Shown piece after piece: positions 29,502-40,067 of a DNA stretch of 64,000 nt (the stretch's first letter is position 1; each line of letters begins with the position of its first letter). The notes under the pieces are model-generated. The model saw nothing but the letters and a program-made list of their open reading frames with translations. It searched no databases and was not told the origin of the DNA. The stretch is from Candidatus Komeilibacteria bacterium. Lineage in GTDB: Bacteria; Patescibacteriota; Patescibacteriia; UBA1558; 2-01-FULL-52-15. The position numbers and the translations under genes are program-made. The stretch lies in NCBI GenBank assembly GCA_043801745.1, contig JAZDLR010000016.1:1535-65534 (forward strand). The letters run 5' to 3'.

Positions 29502-30146
29502 ATGTTTAATTTTCTATTTTCCTGGCTGTTACCAACCGCCGCCAAGGCACAAGCGCTTGGCCTGATTGATAATATTCCCTGCGTGCAAAATGGCTATATA
29601 TTACCTAGCGGCCAATGGTCGCCCGGAACCTGCACCCTGGATAACATCACAGCCGGGGTCGGCTATTTAATAAATTATGGTGTAGCCATTAGCGGCGCCC
29701 TGGCTCTACTGATGTTTATTATTGGCGGTTGGTATTTGGTGGCCAGCGCCGGCCGCAAAGACTGGATAACTCGCGGCAAAAACATTCTGATCAACACCGT
29801 GTTTGCTATCTTCTTCATCTTAGGAGCCTGGCTGCTGGTCAGGGGAGTACTGGACATTGTTGGCTCTAATATTATTTTCCAAAGCGGCGAAACAACTACT
29901 ACCAGCTGTCAGGGTGAGGGCACCCAATGTAATGTCACCGGCAAATGCAAAGTGGTGAATAATATTGGCGAGTGTGTTAATCCTTGTGTCTATTTAGCCA
30001 CCGATTCAAAACCCTATTCTTGCCACAATAGCCTAGACGAATGTTTCCCCGCTGGAACCGCGTGCGTCAACTATCCCGATAACTGCCTGGAAACTCAAGG
30101 TCTGTGTCTAAGTAATCAATATTGCTGTTTCCCGTCTGCCAGATAA
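29502..30146 (+). CDS. VirB2/TrbC-like pilin with Cys-rich C-terminus
   Basis: GALALLMFIIGG.YL.ASAG....ITRGKNIL; Cys-rich tail. Confidence 0.75.
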   Translation: MFNFLFSWLLPTAAKAQALGLIDNIPCVQNGYILPSGQWSPGTCTLDNITAGVGYLINYGVAISGALALLMFIIGGWYLVASAGRKDWITRGKNILINTVFAIFFILGAWLLVRGVLDIVGSNIIFQSGETTTTSCQGEGTQCNVTGKCKVVNNIGECVNPCVYLATDSKPYSCHNSLDECFPAGTACVNYPDNCLETQGLCLSNQYCCFPSAR

Positions 30147-30185
30147 TTCCAACTAAATGACATCCATTAATATTGCAAAAAAAAT

Positions 30186-30524
30186 ATGAAAAAAATCTTT
30201 TTTACTCTACTAACCTTGTTGCTCTTACCGGCCGCTGCTAATGCTGTTGAAGAAATACCGCCCGTCGTCCTACCCAATCCTCTGGGCCAAGAAGTTAATA
30301 ATATACCACTGCTCGTCAACCATATCATTGTTGGCATTTTGGGTATTGTCGGCGCCGTTGCTTTATTGGCCTTTATCTGGGGCGGCCTGCTCTGGATGAC
30401 CTCGCTAGGCAATGCCGACCGCGTCAAGCAAGGCAAAGAAACACTGATTTATGCCACCATCGGATTATTGGTGATTTTTATTAGTTATTCGGTAATTAAT
30501 TTTATTTTTAAATCGTTGACCTAG
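30186..30524 (+). CDS. VirB2/TrbC-like pilin
   Basis: GGLLWMTSLGNADRVKQGKETLIYATIGL. Confidence 0.85.
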   Translation: MKKIFFTLLTLLLLPAAANAVEEIPPVVLPNPLGQEVNNIPLLVNHIIVGILGIVGAVALLAFIWGGLLWMTSLGNADRVKQGKETLIYATIGLLVIFISYSVINFIFKSLT

Positions 30525-30596
30525 CAGTTGATTTTTTGGCGCAAAATATTTATACTATAAACAATTACTATCTAATCCTCGAAAGGAGGTGAGTAC

Positions 30597-30980
30597 ATGA
30601 AAAAAATCGTTTCCCTATTATCAATTTCAGCCGCTGCCCTTACGGGATTATTCCAAGGTGTTTTAGTCAAAGCCCAAGCGTTGACGCCCTCCCTGGATAT
30701 ACCGGAAAGTTTTGGCGGTCTGGGCTCACAAGATCTCAAGATTACTATTGCTAACATTGTTCAGATAGTCTTGGGTTTCTTGGGTATCTTAACTGTCTTG
30801 ATCATCCTCTTGGGCGGCTTCAAATGGATGACTTCTGGCGGTAATGAAGATAAGATTGATGAAGCCAAAAAGCTGATCAGTGCTGGTGTTGTCGGTCTGG
30901 TGATCGTTCTGGCCGCTTATGCTATTGCCACCTTCATTGTCGGCAATATCGGTAACGCCGTCACCGGTACCACTTCATAA
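30597..30980 (+). CDS. VirB2/TrbC-like pilin, candidate major subunit
   Basis: GGFKWMTSGGNEDKIDEAKK; own promoter-like site and perfect AAGGAGGTGA SD. Confidence 0.88.
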   Translation: MKKIVSLLSISAAALTGLFQGVLVKAQALTPSLDIPESFGGLGSQDLKITIANIVQIVLGFLGILTVLIILLGGFKWMTSGGNEDKIDEAKKLISAGVVGLVIVLAAYAIATFIVGNIGNAVTGTTS

Positions 30981-31054
30981 ATATAGTCTAGACTATAACC
31001 CATCATCATTGACTGATCTAATTGATGATGGGTTGGGGCTTACACTATAACTTC

Positions 31055-31489
31055 ATGACTTTCCGTCTATTCTTTTTTTCAACCATTGCCTTTCTTTTGG
31101 CATCACCGCTAAAAGCGGCTGCCAGTCCGGCAGGTGATGGGTTACAAAAGGCAGTTAAAAATTCGGGCCTTCCCACTGGTTCAATCGAATCTATGGCGGC
31201 CAATTTTATTATCGTTGTCTTAGGAATTGTCGGCGTGCTTTTTATGCTGCTGATTCTTTATGGCGGTTATGTTTGGATGATGGGCAGTAGAGCCGGCAAA
31301 GAAAAAGAAATTAATAATGCCAAGACTATTTTAACTAACGCCACGATTGGTCTGCTGCTTGTGCTGGCCGCTTATGCTATTACTTATTTCATTGTCCAAC
31401 AAATCAACTTTGCCACTACCGGCACTTTGGAACCGGACCTTGATACCGGTGATCCCGGCGTACCCTATGTTGATCCTGGACCTGCTTAA
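31055..31489 (+). CDS. VirB2/TrbC-like pilin
   Basis: YGGYVWM...AKTILTNATIGL. Confidence 0.82.
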   Translation: MTFRLFFFSTIAFLLASPLKAAASPAGDGLQKAVKNSGLPTGSIESMAANFIIVVLGIVGVLFMLLILYGGYVWMMGSRAGKEKEINNAKTILTNATIGLLLVLAAYAITYFIVQQINFATTGTLEPDLDTGDPGVPYVDPGPA

Positions 31490-31494
31490 TAATT

Positions 31495-31914
31495 ATGAAA
31501 AAATATTTTTATCTCATTCTAGCGTATCTTCTGGCGCCTCATATTTCTTGGGCCGCTACTAGTGCGTCATCTTCCGGCGGCAGCCCGCTAGACAGCGTCA
31601 AGGCAATCGGTACTCTGGTCTATGGCGGCAGCGGCACACCTTACGATATTAAGCGGGTTATCTCCGGTCTTATCCAGATTTTCTTAGGCTTAATTGGAAT
31701 TATCTTTCTACTGCTGATCATCTGGTCAGGTTTCCGTTGGATGACTAGCGGCGGCAATGAGAAAACCGTGGAAGAGGCTAAAAAAACCCTGCAGAATTCT
31801 GTTGTCGGTCTGATTATCGTTGTTATGGGCTACTCCATTGCTTACTGGATAATAGTCTGGCTGGGGCAGGCGACCACAGGCGCCGGTACGACCGGGGGTC
31901 CTGTGATCGAATAG
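31495..31914 (+). CDS. VirB2/TrbC-like pilin
   Basis: SGFRWMTSGGNEKTVEEAKK. Confidence 0.85.
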   Translation: MKKYFYLILAYLLAPHISWAATSASSSGGSPLDSVKAIGTLVYGGSGTPYDIKRVISGLIQIFLGLIGIIFLLLIIWSGFRWMTSGGNEKTVEEAKKTLQNSVVGLIIVVMGYSIAYWIIVWLGQATTGAGTTGGPVIE

Positions 31915-31929
31915 TAGATCTGTAAGTTG

Positions 31930-31968
31930 AACGACCCGCCACTCAATTGAGTAGCGGGTCGTTTTTTT
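31930..31968. terminator. Intrinsic terminator
   Basis: aacgacccgc-cactc-aatt-gagta-gcgggtcgtt followed by a T run. Confidence 0.8.
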
Positions 31969-31980
31969 CTTGGTTACCCC

Positions 31981-32499
31981 CTAACGATAGATCGGGATTC
32001 GTACTTGGGGCCCTTGGAAAGCATCTCGCCCCTTGTCATAGACCGGTAGACACTTTCGGTAGAGTCTCCTGCTCCCATCGGGGCACTCTATCAGAGCAGT
32101 GATGGGATAGCAGGCAAAGGCCTTGTTCGGCTTGACCCGAATCAGGGTGGGCAATGTCTGCTGCTGGGGACCCAGGCGGAACTTGGGCTCATGTACCCAC
32201 TTGTACTCCACCCAGGAGGTGTCGGCGCCGGATCGGGTCCGGCCGTGATGCGGCCGCTCCTCCTGCAGTTCAAACTCATAGGCCAGGCGGACCGACACCG
32301 AACAGCCACAATCGCGTGCCGGTAAACGCTCACCAGTATCCTGATCAACATCGGTTCTGTTCATGACGTTTACGGTCAACCAGTCAGCCCGGTTTTCCGT
32401 AATGTCGCTGGAACTGTGGATCAGGACACTGGTAGAACAGCCTGTCAGCAGCACCAGAGCCGCAAGACAGAAAAGCACAACTACTGGCCAGGATTTCAT
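31981..32499 (-). CDS. Orphan lipoprotein in a stand-alone GC-rich unit
   Basis: LLTGC lipobox; AAGGGGTG SD; TTGACA-17-TATATT promoter with -35 at 32583-88. Confidence 0.65.
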   Translation of the reverse strand: MKSWPVVVLFCLAALVLLTGCSTSVLIHSSSDITENRADWLTVNVMNRTDVDQDTGERLPARDCGCSVSVRLAYEFELQEERPHHGRTRSGADTSWVEYKWVHEPKFRLGPQQQTLPTLIRVKPNKAFACYPITALIECPDGSRRLYRKCLPVYDKGRDAFQGPQVRIPIYR

Positions 32500-32648
32500 A
32501 GCACACCCCTTTCAGAGGGTTTTGGGTTAAAAGCAAGGAAAGGACTAGCTGAATAGTGGAATATACCATATAATATAGCTGCTGTCAACCCCATTAAAAC
32601 ACCCGCCTTTTAATGGGCTAATAGCCCCCTTGTTTATAAACTGTTACA

Positions 32649-34463
32649 ATGTTTCTCGTGAAACATCTTAGCTCTTGGCTCAATTACCGACCCCAAATTT
32701 TCCTTATTGCTGCTGCCTTTGTATTTGCTGCTTTCTTTGGCGCAGCAGTACTAATAAAATACAATTTCTTTCTCTATAATGGCCTGGATCTGGCTATTTT
32801 TAATAATTCTTTATGGAACCTGATCCACGGAAATAATTTGTATAACGCCATACATCCACCGACCTACTGGGCCGATCATGTGTCACCCTGGCTTCTCGTA
32901 TTGGCTCTACCCTACGCCCTTTGGGCCGATCCTCAATTTCTTTTGCTGTCACAGATCGTGGTTCTGGCTGCCTGCGTCTGGCCACTTTATTTAATTGCCA
33001 GGAAATACTTATCACCGCGGTTAGCCTGCCTTGTTGCCGGCCTTTGGCTAGTTAATCCTCTGATTCATAACATTAGTTTATATGAATTTAGTTTGGTGCC
33101 TTGGTCAATATTTTTTTTGCTTTGGGCTTATTACTGGTATGACCAGAAACACTGGGCGCGTTTTATAATTTTTTCTTTACTGGCCATTACAACCCGCGAG
33201 GACGTGGCTGTAATGTTGGTGGGTTTTTCTATTCTGGCCGCTATTGATAAGTGCAGCTGGAAATGGTGGTTAACGCCAGGAATAATTGGCCTTGGTTGGT
33301 TTGCTGTGACGCAATATATTATCAATCAGGCGTCTCTTATTGGTGTCTCTAAATTTGTTAATTATTACAGCTGGCTCTGGCAACCCTCACTGGCCGAAAT
33401 TAGTCGACATTTTTTAAACCTCGGCAATGTGCAGATATTTCTCGGGCTGCTTTTACCTTTATTATTTTTACCCTTACTAAGACCGAAAACGTTAATCCTG
33501 ACACTTTTGCCTCTGGGTATTCTGCGCTTGGCCAGTGGCGACGACGGCGCCGCAGTTTTGCGGGCTCATTATGGCGGCTTCTTGCTTTGGCCCTTGTTTA
33601 TTGCCACCATTCTTGCTTTGGCCACCGACAATCAGCCGCGCCTGTTACAAAAATTGACCAATTACCGCCTATTAATAATTTTGTCACTGCTGACGGCTAG
33701 TATTTACGCCAGCCTAACTTATGGCAATATTCTTCCCCTGGTTAATTATCACTGGAACAGTTCTCGGGCCGAAGAATATCGGCTGGCCTGGCAGCAAATT
33801 CCCGAGACAGCACGAGTCGCCTCCACTTATTCTTTCTTGACGCCCCTATCTTCACGGCAGCAATTACAGTTACTGCCCTATGCTTATGCCGGCATGGGAC
33901 AATTTGCCTTAACCAACTACCAACTTGACCCCCAAACTGAATATTTACTAATTGATTGGCAGGAGTGGTTAATAGCACAAGTTCATTACCCCGGCCGTTA
34001 TCCGCAAAAAGTTTCTCTAGCAGACATGACTACCTGTTGGCAAAGCTGGCAAGCGGATTATCGACCAATCTGGCAGCAAGGCGCTATAACCATATTTCAA
34101 CGACATCCGAATAATATATTAATAGCCACGGTCAAACCAACAAGCAATCAGGCGGCAACTTTAAATATATTTAGCAGCGCTGGGCAGTCCGAAGCCTATC
34201 TGACTAGCCCGGCTACGACCAGTCTACAGGCCCTGCAGCTAAGCACAGCCAACTCTACCTACTATCTGCCACTAGCCTACGGTTTATGGACCTCCACTAG
34301 CAGTTCGGCTGAGATTACCATGCCGCTGAATGACCCGGCAGTAAAAAAAATTGACCTCGTGGCCTTTCGCTGGCCGCAGATAATGCTTAATAACATCAAT
34401 ACTCTAGAGTTGCGGTGGAAATCGCTGATCACCGAAGCTACTGCTGATGTAAACGATAAATAG
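32649..34463 (+). CDS. DUF2079-family GT-C membrane protein
   Basis: DLAIFNN.LWN, ADH.SP, YEF, TRED motifs. Confidence 0.8.
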   Translation: MFLVKHLSSWLNYRPQIFLIAAAFVFAAFFGAAVLIKYNFFLYNGLDLAIFNNSLWNLIHGNNLYNAIHPPTYWADHVSPWLLVLALPYALWADPQFLLLSQIVVLAACVWPLYLIARKYLSPRLACLVAGLWLVNPLIHNISLYEFSLVPWSIFFLLWAYYWYDQKHWARFIIFSLLAITTREDVAVMLVGFSILAAIDKCSWKWWLTPGIIGLGWFAVTQYIINQASLIGVSKFVNYYSWLWQPSLAEISRHFLNLGNVQIFLGLLLPLLFLPLLRPKTLILTLLPLGILRLASGDDGAAVLRAHYGGFLLWPLFIATILALATDNQPRLLQKLTNYRLLIILSLLTASIYASLTYGNILPLVNYHWNSSRAEEYRLAWQQIPETARVASTYSFLTPLSSRQQLQLLPYAYAGMGQFALTNYQLDPQTEYLLIDWQEWLIAQVHYPGRYPQKVSLADMTTCWQSWQADYRPIWQQGAITIFQRHPNNILIATVKPTSNQAATLNIFSSAGQSEAYLTSPATTSLQALQLSTANSTYYLPLAYGLWTSTSSSAEITMPLNDPAVKKIDLVAFRWPQIMLNNINTLELRWKSLITEATADVNDK

Positions 34464-36051
34464 CGCCGGTGGAATTTTTTTTAATCAGCTGCAAATATGG
34501 CGCTTCATCCAGCCAGGAAAAAAATTCTGCCGGATTTTTTGTAGTGTAGTGAACAACAATCAACGAGATCCGGTTATCAACTAAAAATTTGATCTTATCC
34601 AGGCCTGTATTAGCCGAAAAAAATTCGTCTGCCTTCTGCCGCTTCTGTAAATAGTTGATTGTCTGATGCTGGTGTCCGATATAAATAGTCTGACCCGTAA
34701 AAGCCGGGATCAACAGGCCAATGGGTTCATCAAAAGGCAAGACTATTTGTTCCACGGGTTGTTGTTTTAAACTACCCAGTAGCTCCTTCGTTTCAGCCGA
34801 TAAATAAAAGCGGTCATTGGTTTGATAGTAGGACATTGCCCGGAGATATACTGTCTGACTATACCAGGGTCCAAAAGTCACGGCCATAATAACAAATAAC
34901 CAATAGATGATCTGCCAATAATAATTTTGAATCCGCCGAGCCAAAGCTAGGGCACCCAAACCAGCCACCAAACTAACAGGAATTAGCCAGCCGTTAGCCA
35001 GTCGGCGATTATAGTCCAGTGGCAAATAAACCATAATCCAGGTGACCCAAGTCCAGATGACCAATAGCCGCCACCACTCGTTGTCGCGCCATTTAGTCCA
35101 CCAGTGATAGGTGCCTATCACAGCTAGGGGAAATAACAGGCCCCAAGCTAATAAATAATTATAGGGCGGCGGCGAATAAACTAAATTTTGAGCTGACCAA
35201 CCGCGCAGCGCTGTTTCGCTCATAACCAAACCCCAGACTAAGCCCGCGCTGGCCGCACACCAGAACCAATAGATTGACAGCTTATATAAGTAGCGTCTGT
35301 CCTGCGTCTGCCACCAGCGCCATAATGACCACAACGCCGGTATCGTAGCTAAGATCCAAAAATCATAGGGGTGAACCATAATTAATAAAGCCGCCAAAGC
35401 CCCTACCAGACTCTCTGATTGCCAACTTATAGTCTGTCGTTGTTTTATCCACAGATAGAATACCAACAACAATAATATGTGCGACAGAATAAATAGGGGC
35501 GATTGCTGAGCATTGGCTTGAAGTGATAATTCGCCCATGTAAATATCTACCGGCTTAGTCGTTAACGGCGCAAAATCACTAGCTAAGATACTGGGTTGAA
35601 ATAAGGCCTTGGCCCACCCCCAACCTCCGGCGAATAACACAAACAGCCAGAGCCACAACCTCTCATTATACTTACTAGTCAGGCGCCTTAACCAAAAAAA
35701 CAAAACCACCATTGTTACCAGCACCAACAAAATCCTCCACCCATGATAGACGGGTATCACACCCAGAGAAAAAAGATTAGCCGTTTGACCGATTAGCCAC
35801 CAATGAGGACCAATCAGACTGCCCACCTGCAGCTCGCTAGTGTGAATATTTTTTTGTAGCAATTGGCCCAACCGGCCCTGCTCAATCATAGAGTAGTAAA
35901 CCAATTTATCCGCCGAAGCCGCTAGATTGATGCCCGTATAACTACTGCCGGACGGTGCCGCAAGGGCCGACCATAAATATAAAATATTAGTAAACACCAA
36001 AAAAATTACTATCAGACAAATGCTGGCCAGATAATACTGCTTTTTAGTCAT
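34438..36051 (-). CDS. Polytopic GT-C-like membrane protein
   Basis: D..VYYSMIEQ, HPYD, IYIGH.HQT..Y..K. Confidence 0.7.
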   Translation of the reverse strand: MTKKQYYLASICLIVIFLVFTNILYLWSALAAPSGSSYTGINLAASADKLVYYSMIEQGRLGQLLQKNIHTSELQVGSLIGPHWWLIGQTANLFSLGVIPVYHGWRILLVLVTMVVLFFWLRRLTSKYNERLWLWLFVLFAGGWGWAKALFQPSILASDFAPLTTKPVDIYMGELSLQANAQQSPLFILSHILLLLVFYLWIKQRQTISWQSESLVGALAALLIMVHPYDFWILATIPALWSLWRWWQTQDRRYLYKLSIYWFWCAASAGLVWGLVMSETALRGWSAQNLVYSPPPYNYLLAWGLLFPLAVIGTYHWWTKWRDNEWWRLLVIWTWVTWIMVYLPLDYNRRLANGWLIPVSLVAGLGALALARRIQNYYWQIIYWLFVIMAVTFGPWYSQTVYLRAMSYYQTNDRFYLSAETKELLGSLKQQPVEQIVLPFDEPIGLLIPAFTGQTIYIGHQHQTINYLQKRQKADEFFSANTGLDKIKFLVDNRISLIVVHYTTKNPAEFFSWLDEAPYLQLIKKNSTGAIYRLHQQ

Positions 36052-37615
36052 ATTTTTTTACAATCTCAAAAATTTTGGCAAATGGTCCTTGATAACGCAA
36101 AACGAAATTCTTGTCTTGACTTAATTGATCGATCAAGTCGTGATTGCCGTTTCCCACCAGGAGAAACCGTGAATGAAAAACTTTAGTAATAATCTGAGCA
36201 ATGTCTCCCGTAGCCTTACCCTCACTAACGCTTGACCACAAGGCCCATAATTCTGGGCTTTGATTATACATAAAAGTCGGGTCCAGGCCGACAATATAAT
36301 AATTGGACCGATTATAATAAAAAAGCGCCGGCCAATAATCCCAGTTAGAATTAAAAACAATTTCTCCCGGCCTACTATTCTCCTGCAGCCACTGTGACTC
36401 GGCAGCTAATTGGTTAACGGTAAAAGTTGTTTGGCTTTCATTGGCCCTAACAGCCATAACGTCTTTGAAAATTAAAAAAATGAAGGTCGGAATAATAAAT
36501 ACTATGACCAGAAAAGCATAAAATTTAATTAACCAACCAAATTTTCCCGGCAACGATAACTGCTGCTTGAGCCACCGGGCAGTTATCTGGGGCAAACAGC
36601 GGACCCAGAGTACCGCCGTGGCAATAAATAAGAGGGGGTCTGACAGCTCAACGTAGCGCCGCGATTTCCAGGTCAAGCCCACAGCAATAAACGACAAAAT
36701 AACTAAAAACCAGTCGTCGCGCCTTAACTGACGGAAGCGGTGCCAACCAAAAATAATAATTATTGCCAGAATCACCAGAGGATAGACGTGAAAATTGATC
36801 ACGTCTCTCCAGGATAGGGACAGCCATTCAGCACCTACTCCCACTGCCTGACCATAATTAATTACGCCGATTTGAACAATCTGCTGCCAATAAAAATATA
36901 AATTATGCGGCCAGTAGGGATTAAGTACAATCCCCGCCAAGCTGCCTGCCAGGGTCACTACTAGTAAACCAAATGAACGGGGACGGAATAACCGACAAAC
37001 TAATGATTTTTCGCGGCTGCTCCAGCCGGCAAGGACATCAACGCACCAATACAGGCCGACCGTCATGATACCAAAAATCCAGCCACCATAAAGCCAGACA
37101 TAAATAATTTGCAAAAAAAATAATAACCAGATTTTTTTCTTCAATAAAGCATAGAGAATCAAAACCACAACAATCAAGGAAACACTGTTGGCTTTAACTA
37201 AGGCCAGACGGAAAGCAAAAGTTGAGGAGAACAATAATAACGCTGTCCAAATTAACGCTAGCTGCGGCGCCAAGCGACGCAAGAACCAATAAAAAACCGT
37301 AAAAAAGCTGGCGCCAAATAAAATTGTACCCAGCTTAATGGCATAGAGTGGATTGCCCAGCTTCATTAAGGGAGCCAACAATAAGTGGTAGAGCAGGTGG
37401 TGATCAGTAAAATGTTGGCTTAAAGTTGTAAACTGCATCCAGGGCAAGCTACGCAATAAAACCCCTTCAGATAATAATTGTGCTATAGCTGCGTGATAAA
37501 AGACATCAGGATCACCAAAGGCCAGATGGAATTGCCAAAAAGCCAGAAATAAAAAAGTAACAAAAAAAACCAGCAGATACTCCATCTGTTGGTAATACTT
37601 TTGCCGGTCAGTCAT
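36044..37615 (-). CDS. Polytopic GT-C-like membrane protein
   Basis: DPDVFYH, DHHLLYH, LNPYWP, EW, GLDPTFMY. Confidence 0.7.
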   Translation of the reverse strand: MTDRQKYYQQMEYLLVFFVTFLFLAFWQFHLAFGDPDVFYHAAIAQLLSEGVLLRSLPWMQFTTLSQHFTDHHLLYHLLLAPLMKLGNPLYAIKLGTILFGASFFTVFYWFLRRLAPQLALIWTALLLFSSTFAFRLALVKANSVSLIVVVLILYALLKKKIWLLFFLQIIYVWLYGGWIFGIMTVGLYWCVDVLAGWSSREKSLVCRLFRPRSFGLLVVTLAGSLAGIVLNPYWPHNLYFYWQQIVQIGVINYGQAVGVGAEWLSLSWRDVINFHVYPLVILAIIIIFGWHRFRQLRRDDWFLVILSFIAVGLTWKSRRYVELSDPLLFIATAVLWVRCLPQITARWLKQQLSLPGKFGWLIKFYAFLVIVFIIPTFIFLIFKDVMAVRANESQTTFTVNQLAAESQWLQENSRPGEIVFNSNWDYWPALFYYNRSNYYIVGLDPTFMYNQSPELWALWSSVSEGKATGDIAQIITKVFHSRFLLVGNGNHDLIDQLSQDKNFVLRYQGPFAKIFEIVKKYD

Positions 37616-37654
37616 AGTCTCAAAAGGCGCTCCACAAGCATGGGTCGGAGCGCC

Positions 37655-38680
37655 TTATTTATCTCCTAATTCTTGCTTCAATAAATCTACCCAAGGTATC
37701 GCCGTGGCATCTAACTGCTCTTTACCGGCCAATTTAAGAGTTAGAGCCGAACTCCACCAGAGCATTTTCAGTCCCTGCTCTAAACCATTGCCAATAAACG
37801 ACTGCTTTAAAACCTTTATGCCTAAGCGTTGCAATATTTTTTCTGTCAGACGGTAACGTTTCTTGGTCCTGACATAATAATCTGATGATTCCAGCATTAC
37901 CGCTACCCATTTCTTACTCTGACTGCCTAGATTAGACAAACCTTCTAATAAATGGTGATTCAATTCAGGTAGAGCAAAGTAAGCAGCAAAAAGTTTAGCA
38001 GTCTCATTTAGTTGGTTACTCATAATATGGGCCGCACCAGTCAAATGTTCAGAGGCAATAATCAGACAATTTTTATTCAACATTTGCCGCGCTGGCGCCG
38101 TTAATAATCCCCGGCCGCCTCTCATTGTCATAGCAGCGCGCCGCAATTCTGCCAAGTCCAGCTGCAATATACCGGCGCTTTTCAAACTAAGGGCAAAGGC
38201 TGCCAGCATATAGCCCAAACCCAGGCGCGGCTGTCCGCTGGGGTTAAATTTAGTGGTAAAAATAAAGTGCGGTATTTTATCCGCTGCGGCCGCCTCAGCC
38301 AATTGGCCGCCACTGGTAATTACCAAAGCCGATAAACGTCTTTTTCTGGCTTCTTGAAAACAACCTAGGGCCTCTTCAGTCGCCCCGGAATAACTAGCGA
38401 TTATCACCAGACTATCGGCCGACGCCAGACCAGGCAACTGATAATTATTAACTATAATAACCGGCACCTTTAACTGGCGCCAATAAATATACCGCAGTAG
38501 GTCAGCGGCCAGAGCCGATCCACCCATACCACAAACAATGACCGAGTTATATTTCTTCCTAGCCAACAGTCTTTTCCTGGGCCAATGATCCAGAGTCCAG
38601 ATAATTTGCTCTGGCAACTGCTCGACCGAAGCAGCCACCAAAGAATTGTGCTGAGACCGTTGTTGTTTGAGGGACAACAT
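37655..38680 (-). CDS. Bifunctional phosphoglucose/phosphomannose isomerase (SIS)
   Basis: GMGGS, SYSG.TEE, QPR, NETAK, PELNHH. Confidence 0.88.
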   Translation of the reverse strand: MLSLKQQRSQHNSLVAASVEQLPEQIIWTLDHWPRKRLLARKKYNSVIVCGMGGSALAADLLRYIYWRQLKVPVIIVNNYQLPGLASADSLVIIASYSGATEEALGCFQEARKRRLSALVITSGGQLAEAAAADKIPHFIFTTKFNPSGQPRLGLGYMLAAFALSLKSAGILQLDLAELRRAAMTMRGGRGLLTAPARQMLNKNCLIIASEHLTGAAHIMSNQLNETAKLFAAYFALPELNHHLLEGLSNLGSQSKKWVAVMLESSDYYVRTKKRYRLTEKILQRLGIKVLKQSFIGNGLEQGLKMLWWSSALTLKLAGKEQLDATAIPWVDLLKQELGDK

Positions 38681-38818
38681 AATGTTCTCATTATGTCTTT
38701 TCCTTTACTGACAGTCAAGAGCGGGCTAATAAATTGCCACTGTCCAACCTTGATTTTCTCTAATGAAAATGCTAATGTAGCGGGGTTAAATCACTCTATT
38801 TTTTTAAATTTTTTCTCC

Positions 38819-38848
38819 CCGCCCAGAGGGCGGTCGCCCCGTGGGCGA
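38819..38848. repeat. Double-hairpin 30-bp element (copy at 51755-51784)
   Basis: ccgcccagagggcgg-tcgccccgtgggcga; 27/30 identical to the second copy. Confidence 0.85.
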
Positions 38849-38868
38849 TACAACCTAACCTCTAATCA

Positions 38869-39576
38869 ATGTCCGGCCATTCCAAGTGGGCCACTACCAA
38901 ACGCCAAAAAGCGGTTACTGACGCCAAGCGCAGTAATCTTTTTACTAAGTTGGCGAAAAACATTGCTGTGGCTGCCCGCGATGGAGCCGATCCGGCTATG
39001 AATTTTAAATTGCGCATTGCGATTGACAAGGCCAAAGAGTACAGCATGCCCAAAGATAATATTGAACGGGCTATTGCCCGTGGTAGCGGTACCGGCGGTG
39101 GTCAGGCAGTTGAAACTATTCTGTACGAAGCTTATGGCCCGGAAGGAATAGCTTTATTGATTGAAACCGTAACTGATAATAAAAATCGTTCGGCCGGCAC
39201 AGTTAAGGCTATCTTGAGTAAAAACGGCGGTAGTTTGGGCAGTGCCGGCAGCGTTCAGTGGCAATTTAATCTTCAAGGGATTCTGACTTTAAAAATTTCG
39301 AAACTTACTGACGAGCAAGAGTTACAATTAATCGATGCGGGGGCCGAAGATTTCATTGAACTGGGCGATTTGCTACAAATTATCTCAGCTCCAGAAAATT
39401 TGGAAAAGATCAAACATCAAGTTCAAGCTTTAAATCTGCCGCTAACCGACGCCGCCCTAGAATACCGACCCAAAGATTTGATTACGCCTAAAGATCCCGA
39501 GAGAATAATCCATCTCTTAGAATTACTGGAAGACGACGAAGACATCAATAACGTTTATACCAACGCCAACGTCTAA
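38869..39576 (+). CDS. yebC: YebC/PmpR-family protein
   Basis: MSGHSKW, YEAYGPEG, TDNKNR. Confidence 0.95.
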   Translation: MSGHSKWATTKRQKAVTDAKRSNLFTKLAKNIAVAARDGADPAMNFKLRIAIDKAKEYSMPKDNIERAIARGSGTGGGQAVETILYEAYGPEGIALLIETVTDNKNRSAGTVKAILSKNGGSLGSAGSVQWQFNLQGILTLKISKLTDEQELQLIDAGAEDFIELGDLLQIISAPENLEKIKHQVQALNLPLTDAALEYRPKDLITPKDPERIIHLLELLEDDEDINNVYTNANV

Positions 39577-40064
39577 TGGCCACACCAGCCACACTAATTT
39601 TGGGTATTGACCCTGGCTTTGCCGATACTGGCTGGGGCGTGATTAGTTTTGCTGGTCAGGGACAAATGCTGGCCTGCGGCAGCATCAGTACACCCAAAAG
39701 CGACTCCTTTTCTGACCGTTTATTAGCTTTGGGTCAACAACTGACAACCATAATCAAAACCTACCGGCCCGACATGGTAGCAATTGAAGAGCTATTTTTT
39801 AATACCAATGTTACAACCGGCATTAAAGTTGCCATGGCCCGCGGAGTCATTATGTATGTCTGCCGTCAGGCCGGATTGCCGGTACGTGAATTCACTCCAG
39901 GACAGATTAAGCTGGCACTGACTTCTGACGGCAGGGCTTCCAAAGCTCAAATGGGCAAAATGATCCAACTATTACTTAACCTATCTGTCCTACCACAGCC
40001 GGACGACGCAGTTGATGCTCTAGCCTGCGCCCTAACCTGTGCTCACACCAAACTCTACGTTTAA
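39576..40064 (+). CDS. ruvC: Holliday junction resolvase RuvC
   Basis: ILGIDPG, AIEELFF, PDDAVDALACA. Confidence 0.95.
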   Translation: MATPATLILGIDPGFADTGWGVISFAGQGQMLACGSISTPKSDSFSDRLLALGQQLTTIIKTYRPDMVAIEELFFNTNVTTGIKVAMARGVIMYVCRQAGLPVREFTPGQIKLALTSDGRASKAQMGKMIQLLLNLSVLPQPDDAVDALACALTCAHTKLYV

Positions 40065-40067
40065 TTT

